From the human T2T-CHM13v2.0 reference genome, Homo sapiens: DNA of 64,000 bases. This document shows positions 48,935 to 61,499 of the stretch, piece after piece (positions within the stretch are counted from its first letter, which is position 1; every line of letters starts with the position of its first letter). The notes beneath the pieces were generated by a model. The model saw nothing but the letters and a program-made list of their open reading frames with translations. It was not told the origin of the DNA and did no database searches. The stretch is taken from the NCBI RefSeq assembly GCF_009914755.1, contig NC_060929.1, one strand, 5' to 3'. The translations under genes were made by a program, and so were the position numbers.

Positions 48935-50345
48935 ATCTTGAAATAATTGCAGATTTACAGGAAATTGCAAAGATAAGACGAAGAGTTCCCATGTACCCAG
49001 AGCAGAGAGTTCCCATTTACCCTTTACTCAATCTTCTCAATATTACACTTGTATAACTATAATACAATATTAAAACCAGGAAATTGGCATTGGTATAATG
49101 TGTGTGTATAGTTCTATTTCATTTTATCACATATGTAGATAGATTCTTTTAACCACCATCACAACCAAGATAGAGATCACCACAAAGATCTACTATTATC
49201 AATATTTTACTAGTTTGAGTAAAGGGTAGAAAGCTTATTTCCTCTTAGTCCCTTCACTTTTCCTGCCCTGGCTATTTACAACACAATTGTCTAAAATATT
49301 CCTCTATGTACATTGAAATTCATATTAGACAATATCATGCTTTTTTGCCTTGACTGTCAAATCTAATTTAGAAAACTTAAGAATAGAAGGAGAGACTATT
49401 GTATGTATCCTATTTTTACCCCTCCATTGTTCTTGCTTGCTTTCAGATGTTCCAAGACTCCTTCTTTTATCATTTTCCTTCTGTTTCAAGATCTTCCTTT
49501 GGCCATGCTTTTAGGGTAGGTCTATTAGTGACAAACTCTTAGTTTTCCTTCCTCTGAGAATGTCTTGATTTTACTTCTTGAAGGATAATTTCATGGGACA
49601 TAGAATTCAAAGCTGACAGTTATTTTCTTTCAGCTCTTAAAAAATCCTGTGCCACTTCTTTCTGGCCCCTGCAGTTTCTGATGAGGAATCCACTGTCATT
49701 TCCTCTATAGGTAAAATGGCATTTCTCTCTCGCTGCTTTTAAGATGTTTTATTTTTGTCTTTCGTTTTCTGAAGTTTGATTATAAGATGTCTTGGTGTGT
49801 ATATCTTTGGGTTTATTCTCTTTGGGATTCTCCCAGGTTCTTGAAACTGTAGGTTTTCCAGTTTTTGCCAAATTTGGAAAGCTTTCAGCCTTCATTTATT
49901 TGAGTACTTTTCCACCTCCATCTTCTTTCTCCTCTCTTTCTGAAACTAATGACACAAATGTTAGGTCTTTTGTCATTTTTGCTCAGGTTCCTGAAAGAGT
50001 CTGTTCATTTCTTTTTTTAGTCTATTTTTTTTCTCTGTTGCTCAAATTGAGTAATTTCTATTGTTATATCTTTAAGTTCATAGATTCTTGCCTCTGGCCT
50101 CTCCTGCTATTGAGTCCATTCATTATGTTTTTTTAAAAATTTTGTTATTGTATTTTCAATTCTAAAATTTTCACGTGATTCTTCTTTACATTTTTTTTTT
50201 GCTGAGAATTTCTATTTTTTCATTTGCTCCAAGCACATTCATAACTGCTTGTGAAAACATTTTTATGATGGCTGCTTTAAAATACTTGCCAGATAATTCC
50301 AATATATGCGACATCTCAGTGTGGGTGTTTGTTGATTCCCTCTAT
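48935..50345 (-). mobile_element. old L1 (L1MC-like): 3'UTR piece (~48935-49190) joined to ORF1-region piece (~49200-50345)
   Basis: 3' end TTGAAATAATTGCAGATTTACAGGAAATTGCAAAG...AAAACCAGGAAATTGGCATTGG. ORF1-region GTTTCTGATGAGGAATCCACTGTCATT and TTTGCCAAATTTGGAAAG. Confidence 0.75.
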
Positions 50346-50489
50346 TCTTTTATAAAATTTTTTACTCTTGACCCCATTGTCAGAGAGATTTGACAATCCC
50401 TTGCTCCAAGGACAAGCACAGATGCAAGTTTCCTAAGGGCCTCCAGAGACTTTGGTCCATGTTATTTTTTGTTGCATAACACAGGCATT

Positions 50490-50690
50490 TTCCAGTGGTT
50501 AGGAGTACAGACTTTGGGGTCTGATAGACTCAGGTTGAAACTTGATTCTACTGTTTACCAGCTCTGTGGCTATGGACATGTTAGTTAACTTTTAAGACTC
50601 AGTTTCTTCACTGTAATGGGATATGAATGGATTTCATTCAGCATTTGGGTGGGGAGAGAGATGGGGTAAATAAGATAATGTTTTTGTAAT
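50490..50690 (+). mobile_element. MIR
   Basis: AGTGGTTAGGAGTACAGACTTTGG...CTCAGTTTCTTCACTGTAATGGG. Confidence 0.75.
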
Positions 50691-50879
50691 TGGTACAAAT
50701 TGTTCCATTGTATTTAAGAAGTGAGAACATTTCAACACAAATTTATCATGAAAGATAGTGTATATACAGAAAAGCTCATAAAATATGTATGTACATTTTT
50801 AAAAAATAAAGTGAATGCTCTCAGTCAAGTAATAGCATAGCCATGGTCAAGAAATACATCATGGTTGGTGCCTTAAAAG

Positions 50880-51060
50880 CAGTGTTGCTAGATTAGTAAA
50901 TTAAAAATGTGGAAATTGAATTTCAGATAAACAATTAATGATTTTTTTAGTATAAGTTTGTTCCATGCAATATTTGGAAAATCACTTACTAAAATATCAT
51001 TTATTATTTACCTAAAATTCAAATTCAATTGGGGGCCCTGTATTTTGTCTTGAGGCCCTA
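50880..51060. mobile_element. MER53 (palindromic hAT MITE)
   Basis: TTGAATTTCAGATAAACAA...TTTTAGTATAAGT...CCATGCAATATTTGG...AAATTCAAATT...CCTGTATTTT...CCCTA follows the MER53 consensus. Confidence 0.85.
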
Positions 51061-51272
51061 CTTAGGTGGCTGATCCCCATTATATTACCTTTCCTCCCAC
51101 CTAAATTTTCTGATAATTATTCTTTTGCTTTTCTTTAGTTTTACCATCTATGTATTGATTCCAAAGTGTAGAGTTTAGTTCTTCCTGTGTTGGACTGTCA
51201 TGGATTTTTTCCAATTATTTTTTTCTGAAGTATGGCAAGTCCATGCACAGGTCTCCACTAACCAATGTCATA

Positions 51273-51857
51273 AGCAGTCCAGTAGCTGTCATTTTTCTTT
51301 ACAATTCCCTACTGCTAAACCTGGTAATCCAGGAACCCAATCAAAGACCTTTGGGGTGAGGCTTCAGATTGTCAATCTACTGAGATCACCTCCAAAGGTG
51401 CTTCGTGCCACACTCACACACCCTTGTCAAAGACACCCACTGATGGCTGCAATCCCTCTATGCCCAGCTGACCTTGGGGACCCATTGCTTTTGGTTCCCA
51501 GTGCCCACATGCAACTCTGAGCTGTTTCCTTCCAACCACCGGCACCCTCTAGAGTGTGGGAACATATGGCTCAAGTTTTACCACTCTTGGATCTGCCCAC
51601 CACCCCCCTTTCCTTGTCCTGACTTATGGGGAATTCCACTCCTTTCTGCCTTGAACACTTCTTTTTCAACACTTAGAAGAAAAAAAAAAAACATGTCTTT
51701 CTACTCCTTGGTTTCATGATGGGGATAGCATCTTCAGAGATTATTTCAGTAGACTGAGAAACTGAGGCCTCTTCCCAGATTTCCTTGATTGGGTTCCTGG
51801 ATTACAAGGTTAAGGAGTAAGAAAACATTTTTAAAAATGACAGATATTAGACTGCTA
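51273..51857. repeat. long inverted repeat, arms 51273-51402 and 51728-51857, family unassigned
   Basis: The arms align without gaps as reverse complements (about 99/130 by hand count), including a perfect 21-mer GTAATCCAGGAACCCAATCAA / TTGATTGGGTTCCTGGATTAC. Confidence 0.9.
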
Positions 51858-54800
51858 CAGAGAATTGGTAGATGATTTATGAAGCCAATAGCCCATCACC
51901 ACCAAAGAGCTGTTTTGTCTTTCTTAAGGGAAAGGGGGCTCAGCCCTCAGAAAAGCAGTAGCAGCTTTCTTTCCTCCAGGAGCAAAGAGCTCACTTCTTC
52001 CAAGTAGCATAAATAAATAATGTAGTTATATTTGCATATTCTGCTGCATTAAATTCTTTAAAATTTACATATAAAGCACCCATCTCAATGTCTGGAAAAT
52101 AATGAGAGTCATTATGCGCATCAGACTTTGTTCCCAAATTGCAGAAAGCCAGAATCTAATCTTCAAGGCAAATACACCATGTCTCCTCTACCTTGAACCC
52201 ACTTCTTAAAAAAAATCCAGTTGGACTCTAGAGAAAATTGACATCACATACAGCCTGGAAGGGAAGACAAGTGGTGGCAGGGCGGGAGACAGCCAGAAGA
52301 ACAAGCATGTGGGAAAGAAAGGAAAACTGTACCCCTCCTCACCTTGATGGCCCAGGGAGTTAATGGGCTGCTTGTGTGCCAACAAGGGACTCTGGTCTCT
52401 TTCCCACCACCTGGCAGTCTTTTCTCCCCAGCTGCCTCTCTGAGTCACTGCCCAGCTGAGCCCCATGAAAAAGCAGCAGAGACAGAATGGGGAAGAGAGG
52501 CTGCCTGGCCGACCCCAGGGGGAGCTGGCCCTGTAAATATTTGTTGACCACCACATTGCTCGCCGTCTGTCAAGGCGATGACACGAACAAGGGCAAATAA
52601 GTCAACAAATGGCCTAGCTTGTATCTGATGAGATCAAAGCCAATAAGAAGTAAGTCAGAGATGCTAATAATAAATAATTGTAACATAAGCAATTCTTGTC
52701 AACATGTAAGATAATCTCTATTTTATAGATAAAAAGGATTTATTCCTTTCAAAGGTAAAACAAAACAAAATAAAACACTACCCCAAACAAAAGCACGATA
52801 CATGCATTGTAACTGTTTTAAATTAAAATTATATTTGGAAAAGCAACATTCTATCAAACAATTGGGAAGAAAATTATCCAAAATCTGGAACTAAGTTAAA
52901 AAGATTACTGGGTATCCTTTCAGTGGACTGCTTGACATAATCTAGTAGATCTTCCTGGGATTCTATTCTTCTACCGGGGTGTGTACCTTTGAACAATTTT
53001 TCATTGAATAGGCTATTTTTGAAATTTGTAGAGGTAGAGGTTAACTTATTAGAAAACTGATATCATTGCAAAGATTATTTTTTGAGTCAAAGAACTCCCA
53101 TGTGTAACAATGCGAAGGGATAAGATACAATTGATGCAATTGGATGTGCTTGATTTCTCTCTGATGGAAAAGACAGCCTTGAATATTGTTGCCCTTTAGC
53201 ATTTCAAACATGTTTATATCTGTTCACATATTTATCTCAGAATTCTTTTTACTGATTATATTTATCCCTGTTCCTCTAAATCAGTCTTAATACCTTACTG
53301 ATTTTCTTTCATTATTTAAGAGTTGAATAAAATCATTGACATTTGGTCATTTTATATTTGTATGTGCCAATTTTTTAACTTTAAAATCTTTGTTATGCTT
53401 TGTATTTTATATGTCATATGATAAATGTAAACAAAAACACATAAGATAAATGTAAGAAAAAGAGAAATCAGAGAACTGGGTTATAGTATTACCTTAAGAT
53501 TTGCACCTCTGCAAGGTAAGAAATCTTTCTAAAACCACACGGAAGATCTGAACCCTAATTCTTCTTAGTTTGGCAAAATTTAAAAGTAGAGTCAGTTGGA
53601 ACTTTGGTCTCACAAGGTTTCTTGCATTGTCATCAGGCGTTGGATTGCCAAGCTTCCATGTGAGCCATCACCCACAGGTTTCCGTATCACATCTGCACTA
53701 GTATTTGAAGAAAGCAAAGGACATGTGGGCTATCTCATCAGTTTGTGGTTGCCCTGAATTGCAGCACCCCAGACTGAAAGTTAAAAATGCTTCTGACTCA
53801 GCAACCCTACAGAACATACGCATTTGGCTTGTAGGACCAAAGTGGCTTTATGGGTGAAGAGCCCTAGCAGAACATTTCAGTGGGTATCGGAAGATGATTC
53901 TTCCATGTATACTGAATTGACCTCATAGAAAATTTTGCTTGTCAGTTACATATAGTGCTATTTCAAAGACCTTTTCAAGATTTCAGATATATATCTTTAT
54001 TGATTTTATTGTTGTTATTGTTACTCTGAGATTTGGATAATAATTCTTCATAAAGTAAACCAGAGAACAGGCCTAAAGAATGCCACTGTCACATTGGCAT
54101 TCAGATGGTAAGAACTCCATAGAAAAGCATTATGACCAGATCCTAACAATGTTAATGAGAGATGCTACTCCTGCCTGACAGACAGCAGGTGGCATTTGTT
54201 AAGAGAAGTTCAGGAATTCTACCTCGGTCAAATTGGCTAAAGGGGAAGAGGAACTTTGGGCTCACATATTCCACTAATTTGTAGAAAAGAAAGACCCCTT
54301 CTGATGCTTTCCCTGAAGCCAGTCTGAGGTAGACACCCTCTACTGACCTCCCACAGGGTGGATGGACCAAGGGAGGAGTTGGAAGAGCTCCAAGGAATGG
54401 ACCTCATGGCTCACCAAGCCAGCCTTAGCATTAACATTTGTGTAGTATTTACCAGTTCACGAAGTCCTCCGCATACACTATCTTTGCAGCTGCTAGGGTC
54501 TGTGACTGTGTCTGTCTACACATGAGCAAGGAGAGGTTGAAGGAGGTCACAGTGGCTGTAGAACACATGTGATTAGGCTATTAGCTATTGGGGGCAGGTG
54601 TCCACCTGGATCACAGGTCTTCTGATTCCACATCTGTGCTGCTTTTTGTTTCCCTTCTGAAGTATTACCAGTTCACAGAGAAACTTTGGAAAGCACAGAA
54701 CAATATGAAGAAAAGGGGAGAATTTCACACCATTACCATTCAGAAGCAGGCACTATTTACATTTTGCTGCGTTTTTGATACTTATATTTACCTATCTTCA

Positions 54801-55368
54801 TCGGAAAAAAAATTGCAAAGTACAAGTATGTATGAAGGTGAAATCTGAGTCACACAGAAATAAATGTACATTTCTTTCCATTATTTTTTCCTAATCATGT
54901 TTTAAAACCAATATAAATGATTATATAGTATTCCCCTGCCTATATTCTTTGTTTATGAAAAGATTCTACTAACTACACAGACCAGCAAGGCTTCCTAAGG
55001 CCTTTCCAGCCTCTGGATCTAAAGTGGTATTGACAGCACCAACCCAAAGAGTGCTCGTGTGTGACACAAGATCCCTGCCTTCTTCAAACCCCAATGATAT
55101 TTTTGAGACCTCCCACCATATCTCATGCTTGTTCTCAATCCTCACCCACTTTTCTCTCTCAGCTGCTGTCACCTGGTTTCCACCACCTGAAAAACCTCTT
55201 GAGGATTGTGTTCTAACTGCCACTCCTCCCTCCCTGAGACCTCAAGGTCCTGACTGGTTCTCTTCCATACTCTGTGTCCCACCCTGGGGAAAGCTTTAAG
55301 CAGACATGAGGAGAGGTTGCTCTTTTGCACTCTCTCAGATGTATTCAGATACCATGTGTCTCCTAGGA

Positions 55369-55515
55369 TAGCACTCCTCAAACATCAATGTGCACACAAG
55401 TCATCTGGGATCATGTTAAAATGCAGATCCAGAATCATGAAGTCCTGGGTGGGTCTACTCACTCCCAGGTGATGCTCGTGCTGGTGGTCCCAGCAACGCA
55501 CATTGAGTAACAAAG
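55369..55515. mobile_element. MER5A1-like (hAT-Charlie)
   Basis: CTCAAACATCAATGTGCA...TGTTAAAATGCAGAT...CTCCCAGGTGATGC...CACATTGAGTAACAA. Confidence 0.75.
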
Positions 55516-58199
55516 CCCTAAACTTCCTCCGGGAAAATCACCTCTCTTCTTAGGCCCATGAGGTCTGCCCATGGACCAGGTGGGTACCACTTTGTCTTCC
55601 CCACCCAGGTTTTCTCCTTTTTCCTTTATCTTTCCCTCATTCAAATAAACTTATACAGATAGATGCCAGCAGGCCACACACTCCTTCAATTTGCCCAGCA
55701 AACCCTGACGTTTCTAAATAGCTCCTATGCCACCCTGCTTCCCGATGCTCTGTTCCTCATCCTCTCCCCTCTGTCTGTTCTATCGTCTCTTCCTAAACCT
55801 TCGATAACCGTAAGCATCATGGACAGAATACTTTTGTTATCTTTTTGTCCAGTTCCTGTCCCTCACCAGACACTCATCTTCATAGGCTTCATCAGGCATA
55901 TTCATGAAGCCTTAGCTTTACCCCAGAAGTTGTCACCTGACTCAAGGCAGCTTTCTCACTCAAAAGGATTATGTGACTAGCTCTTAGACTAATTAATCTT
56001 CCAGCAGGAAAAAATACCACTGCAATAAACATTTTCATGCATAAGCATTGTCTGCATCTGAATATTTCTTCTTTAAGACAGATTCCTAGAGCTGCAACTC
56101 CTGGATCAAAAGATACGGAAACACTGGACCTCTTTATACCCATCATCTTTCCATTCTTTTCCCATGAGGCCACACTGCCTAATACGGGCTCTTCGTGGCT
56201 TAATTTGAGAGGCTTTGAAAATGGAAAGATACTTCCTGCTCCCAAATAGCTCCCAAACCAGCTCTTTCATGATGACTGAAATTGACCCTACCCTACCTTG
56301 GTTATAAGCACAGCTATGTTGTAAAAATACAAAAGCTACCGTTAGCCAGGTTGGTAAATAGACTAATCCACGGAGAGACATTAATGCTTTAATTCAGAGC
56401 TTTCCTTCAATTTAGGAACCCCTCACTGAGCCCTGAGTGCCAGAAAGCATGGCACTTTATTGTTTTTTTTGGGGGGGGGGGTTGAGGATATAAAGATGAG
56501 AAACAGCATGAAAGGGGGAAAATGTGAAACATAGGTCTTGTCCCCCAGCCCCCAAACCTCCCCACCCTACTTTGTAGGAAGCAAGGGACTGGGAGAACAG
56601 AGTAGCCAGGGACAGCTGAGAGTGTCATCCTATAATGAGGAGGACAGAGAGGCCCATAGCCCACCTGAACCCCACCACCACCCCCCCACAATTCTGCCTT
56701 TTCCAGACAAGTGGTGGTTGAAGCTTCTATAGCTGTCTTCACCCATAAACTATAACTCTACACTCCCTGGCCCTAATGCTTCCCATACACAGGGGGCTGT
56801 GCCAGGGAGGTGGCACAGGCACTTCCAGAACTCTCCAGACGCTTTGGGAATCATCCCACATAGAACCACTTGTTCCCATGTTGCTTCACAGGAAGCCCAG
56901 GGTCTCCATTCGAGGCAGCCCTGCACAGTCACAATGAGCACTCGTGGTTCATCAAAAGCAAATTGTGCAAAGCAGGGCACACAAAAGAACAATTAATACA
57001 ATTTATGGAATCAAAGTGGCATCAGGAGCTGTACATTTTATACAGCCTGCTCACTAAAAGAGAAAAACAATGAGCCTCTGACAGGGAGCCACTCCCTCAA
57101 GGCTGGCCACGGTGGATCCCACAGTCTATTATCTCAGCACCTCATTTCCAATTCGAATGGATGCCACCTGTCTTGTTTTGGCCTGCAATGGATGGTGTTT
57201 TCTGGTTTAAAAAGCAGGAAGAAAAAGACTCATGTTGTGCTTTTTATTTAGCCAGGGTAGCATCTGTTCTTATCCACAACAGGACTGCTGGCTAAAGGAC
57301 ATATGCCAGGATTTTTCTTTTTTTCAGTGATGATTTTTTGAAATCCCCCAAAAAGTTCCTATTACAGCCTTTTGACAGATTATCTTTAACTAACAGCCCC
57401 AGTCCCCTGGCTGGAAGAATTGGCATTTGCAGGCTTGGTACATACCTATCCCCACGCTGTGGGTTGGTGTCATCAACTAATTGATCAATTGTTTGCATGA
57501 AGTCTGGGGACCTGGGATTTTTCACAAGTGATTTCAGTTCCCACATGTGAAAAGGTAGCTGCCAGCAAAATTCTATCTGAAACTTTCACTATAATTTATT
57601 TTGTTAGGTGCATTAAAAAAAAAAACACATAAGCCATCAGTAGCTTAGTTGGCATGCCATTGGTTCAAAAAATCAGTCTTTAATTCAGCAAAGATTGATC
57701 AAGGAGATACTACGTGCAAAGCACCTCCTAGTCCATGAGGTAGATGAACTGGAGTAGTGTTAAATAAATGGAAGATTCTAGAACCACATGACATTAAAGG
57801 AACACTGGACAACAAATCTGCCCATCTCACATCCTTCTTTTCCTGGCATCTTAGAAAGACAATCTTCCAGAGTTAATAGCCAAGGATGAAGTAAGAGAGG
57901 CCCCTTTCACTTCTCAGCAACTCCATTACATCATGGTGGCATCTGAATGATTGAAGGCTGTGCAGCCTTCTTTTCTGACATATGCCAGGGAGACAGATGT
58001 TAAACTTGTCTGTTGATTGACTTGGTAAGATGAGTCTCTCAACCTGGTCTTAAGAAAAAGGTAATAGCTTGGTGTCACAGGGTATGCTGCTTAGAGAAAT
58101 AGGAGTCAAATCTGTGCCAGACTTTTCTCAGAGACACTAGAACACCAGGCTTTCCAGAACAGTAACAACTGCAGCAGAAGCAAAAGGGTAACAATCGTA

Positions 58200-58370
58200 A
58201 CTGCCATAAACTGCATGTGTGTCAGGCATGCAGATACTATCTCCATTTTGTAGATGAGAAAGTCAAGGCTCAGAGAGATTAAGTAATTTGCTCAAGGTCA
58301 CAAAGTCAGTTACTGTGATAGTTAAAAGCACAAGTTTTGGCCAAAGACTGACTTGGGTTGAAAACCAAAT
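58200..58370 (-). mobile_element. MIR
   Basis: CTCCATTTTGTAGATGAGAAAGTCAAGGCTCAGAGAGATTAAGTAATTTGCTCAAGGTCACA. Confidence 0.85.
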
Positions 58371-58418
58371 GATTAACTATTAATCACTTAATGATAAAGT
58401 TATTAATCATTAATTAAT

Positions 58419-58474
58419 GAATCTCTCTGCTGCTTAATCTCCATCGAATCTCTCTCTGCTGCTTAATCTCCATC
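58419..58474. repeat. tandem duplication (27 + 29 bp)
   Basis: GAATCTCTCTGCTGCTTAATCTCCATC followed by the same unit carrying one extra TC. Confidence 0.95.
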
Positions 58475-58482
58475 TGCCACCT

Positions 58483-58835
58483 TGTTAGAATGGATCTAAC
58501 ACCAGTTTTGATGTTTGACTGCTGACAGCCTGTAAGACTCACTCCTCCCTCTTCTTCCACCCCCAGCCCCCATCTTGACAAGCTGATTAGAAAGCCTGGG
58601 TACTTTCTCTTTGGTATGGGCTGGAATTTTAAACCATGTATGAGAACCCTCACCCTGCCATATTAGTCTCCTTTCCTTGCTCTCTTAAGCTATTATTGAA
58701 CCTGCTTAGGGGCTGCCATGCTCTTCCCAGAAAGCCTCGTTATGTGAGTTAAGCCTTTCATACCCTCTTGGCATATGTGTGGCATCATCAGTTTCAATAT
58801 CCAAACCAAATGGGGTCCATCCTGTTTCTTCAGGA
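58483..58835 (+). mobile_element. ERV LTR, subfamily unassigned
   Basis: TG start, ACAAGCTGATTAGAAAGCCTGGG, CCCAGAAAGCCTCGTTATGTGAG...CCTTTCATACCCTCTTGG. Confidence 0.5.
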
Positions 58836-58859
58836 TAAAGACACTCTGAACGCATTGAT

Positions 58860-59294
58860 CCTCTAATCTGCCTATGCCCTGGGATTGATCTGCAAAGCAT
58901 CATCACTCTCTCTTGCCCTCTGGCTTCCCATTGGGTTTAGTCAACAAGAAGCACAGATAGATCAGAGGGAGGAGGAGACAAAGGTTGAGGCATTTCTTCT
59001 GCGCTTCTCCCTGACTTGGTACACGTTTCCGGCTGTTGCAGCATCCCTGTATGTCAGCTCCCACCAGGCAGCCCCCTGACCCCCCGCAACATGCCACCAC
59101 TCACTCTTCCCTTCGGTTGTCCCTCCAGCACTAGGGGTGGTAACAGTGTGCCAAGGCTGCAGTCTCTGGGTGCCTCAACATCCATTGCTGGTTCCCTTAT
59201 CCCTGCCCCACCTCTACAAGGAGTCATCTCTTTAAAGTTTCCTTATTGGAATCATCTGAATTCAATTATTTCCTCCCAGTACCCTGACCGATAC
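58860..59294 (+). mobile_element. ERVL-class LTR (LTR33/LTR16-related)
   Basis: GCCCTCTGGCTTCC...AGATCAGAGGGAGGAGG...CTAGGGGTGGTAAC...GGTTCCCTTATCCCTGCCC, ending CCCTGACCGATACA. Confidence 0.7.
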
Positions 59295-60519
59295 ACTAAG
59301 CCTCAGTCCCCTCACTTGTAAAATAGAGATGACTAATACTATTTGATAATAAGTCATAGGATTGTTGTAATAATTAAGATAATTCAGGCAAGCATTTAGT
59401 ATACTACCTATATGTGCAATGTAAACTCTCCGTGTCTCTTCTTTAGTAAAATGAGGGTAATGATACCTATTATAAAGATTATTCTGAGAATCAGATCAAA
59501 TTTAGGAAAATCAGCTAAGACAGACATATTACTATTGTTATTATTATAACTTACAACAGCAATAATAATAATGAACAGTGACCCTGGAATTAAAAATCCA
59601 GGTCTCTCTGTTTGTAAAGTTCATGCTTTTCCCACCAGACTACACTTTCTTCTTTAGAGAAAAGAGGTCAGACATCCCCCAGCCTGTCTTGGAAATATCA
59701 TATTTAGACTGTTACATGAATTAAATCATTCCTTATTTCTTACTTAAACAAAGCTTCTCCAGCTCAACAGATTTGTCAGTTAAATGGGAGCTCGCCAAAA
59801 GAACAAAGTGTACTGTTTTCCTTTTAACATCTCAATGCCAGACATGATTCCATGTCTTTCACCCACCAGGGACTTTCCGGAACATCATCTCATAAGACAG
59901 CCAATGAGAATTCAATATAAATCACTGTAATTAGTATTCAAATGATAGGTGTTTGTCACAAGTCCATTATCAGAAACCAAATATTCATTAGGCAATAGAC
60001 ATGACCTTTAGAGCTTCTAAACATTTGTGACCACGGCTCAAGATGCTCCCCATCTGCCAATGCTCACAGAGGCAGCTCATAGGAGAGAGAAAATTCTGTA
60101 ATCTTTAAAAATAGCCAGGAAATGTGATTCCCAGACAGAAAGATTTCCAGGTCATGGTGACACAAATAATACACTATGTGTATACAGGATGAGGATGAAC
60201 TATAGAAGGAGATAGAAAAGCTGTGGAATATTGTAAGGATTTGGGTGATGATAGAAATAACCTAAGTTTGAGAGATCATCCTTCTCTGAAGGCTCCTCCA
60301 CCCACCTTCCTCAACATTTTTCCTACGAACTGTCTTCTTTTCTCCCAGTGGTGCAGAAAGCAGTGAATTACAAAGTCAGTGTTCTGGGGAAGCTACCAAC
60401 TTGGGAGAAGGGTTCCATTATCCAAATAATCGAAAATTATCATAGCTCCAGGGCATAACCTCTTAACAGATGAATCATGGACAGGAACCTGGCTCTGGGT
60501 ATGTTGACAGCAAGGTGTA

Positions 60520-60740
60520 AGGAAGAACATACGGGCTTCAAAGCAGAAAAACCCAGGTTCAGGTTCTGACTCTGCTACTTTCTAGCTGTGAACCCTTGAA
60601 CACATCACTCGGCCTCTGTGACTCTTCTGTAGTAAAATGAGGGTAGTGACACCTATTATAAAGGTTATTCTGAGAATTGGATCAAATTTAGGAAAATCAT
60701 CTGGCACAGATATAGTATATCTTTAATCAACATAAGAGCT
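60520..60740 (+). mobile_element. MIR
   Basis: CCCAGGTTC...TGACTCTGCTACTTTCTAGCTGTGAACCCTTG...GTAAAATGAGG. Confidence 0.75.
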
Positions 60741-61499
60741 ATTGTTGCCTTGGCCTCTAAGTACATAACTCAAACAGAGCTACCATATGAGTAGGCTCCA
60801 TGGGAAATTATACCTTTAATACACCAGAGCACTAACATGGGAGTCACAGGACCAGGATTCTGGCCTAATGTTGCCAATAAATTGCTATGTCATCTTGGGC
60901 AAGTCACAGCATTTCCGTTGAGCTAAATAGCTCAAGGGGGCCCTTGAGCTATTTTTAAAATCTTGGAGAGTCCAGTGGGGAGCACCTAATTATTGGAGCT
61001 GAGGCTGCACCAGCTCTGCCCTTGCTTTTGGAAGAAATTATCTCATAGTCTCATGATATTCTGATTATTTTACTTCAATCTGTCTGGCATTCTAATTGGC
61101 AGCTGCATATGACTTTACCTAACAAAAGTGAAAATTATCAATGAACTACTGAAAAAGTTTAGGGTTTTAATAGAAAGATCTGACAAAATATATGGGAGAG
61201 ATTTTAAAAAGAGATCCCTGGTGATGCAAAGTCTCAGAACCATCTCCCAAGGTACTAATTGGCTCTACCATATTCTATTTCTAGCATCCTCCTTAAAGAT
61301 CCTGATTCTCCAGAATTTTCTCCCGTAAGAGGAGATTTAAAAATGTTTCAACTCATTATTCCCCTGCCTCTTCTCACCACACAAATGCTGTTACTAGTCA
61401 TGTGACACTGACCACAGGCCGCCAATCTTCATACAGTGGCCTCTTTCTGGCCATTGATCGTCTAAGATGAACAGAATATTAAATATTAACTTATTCTTT

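Noticed and set aside
60320-60460. Strong plus-strand acceptor at 60348 (similar isolated sites at 29488 and 42997; donor near 53516)
   Set aside because: No well-matched partner site or sustained open frame; isolated splice-like motifs are expected by chance.
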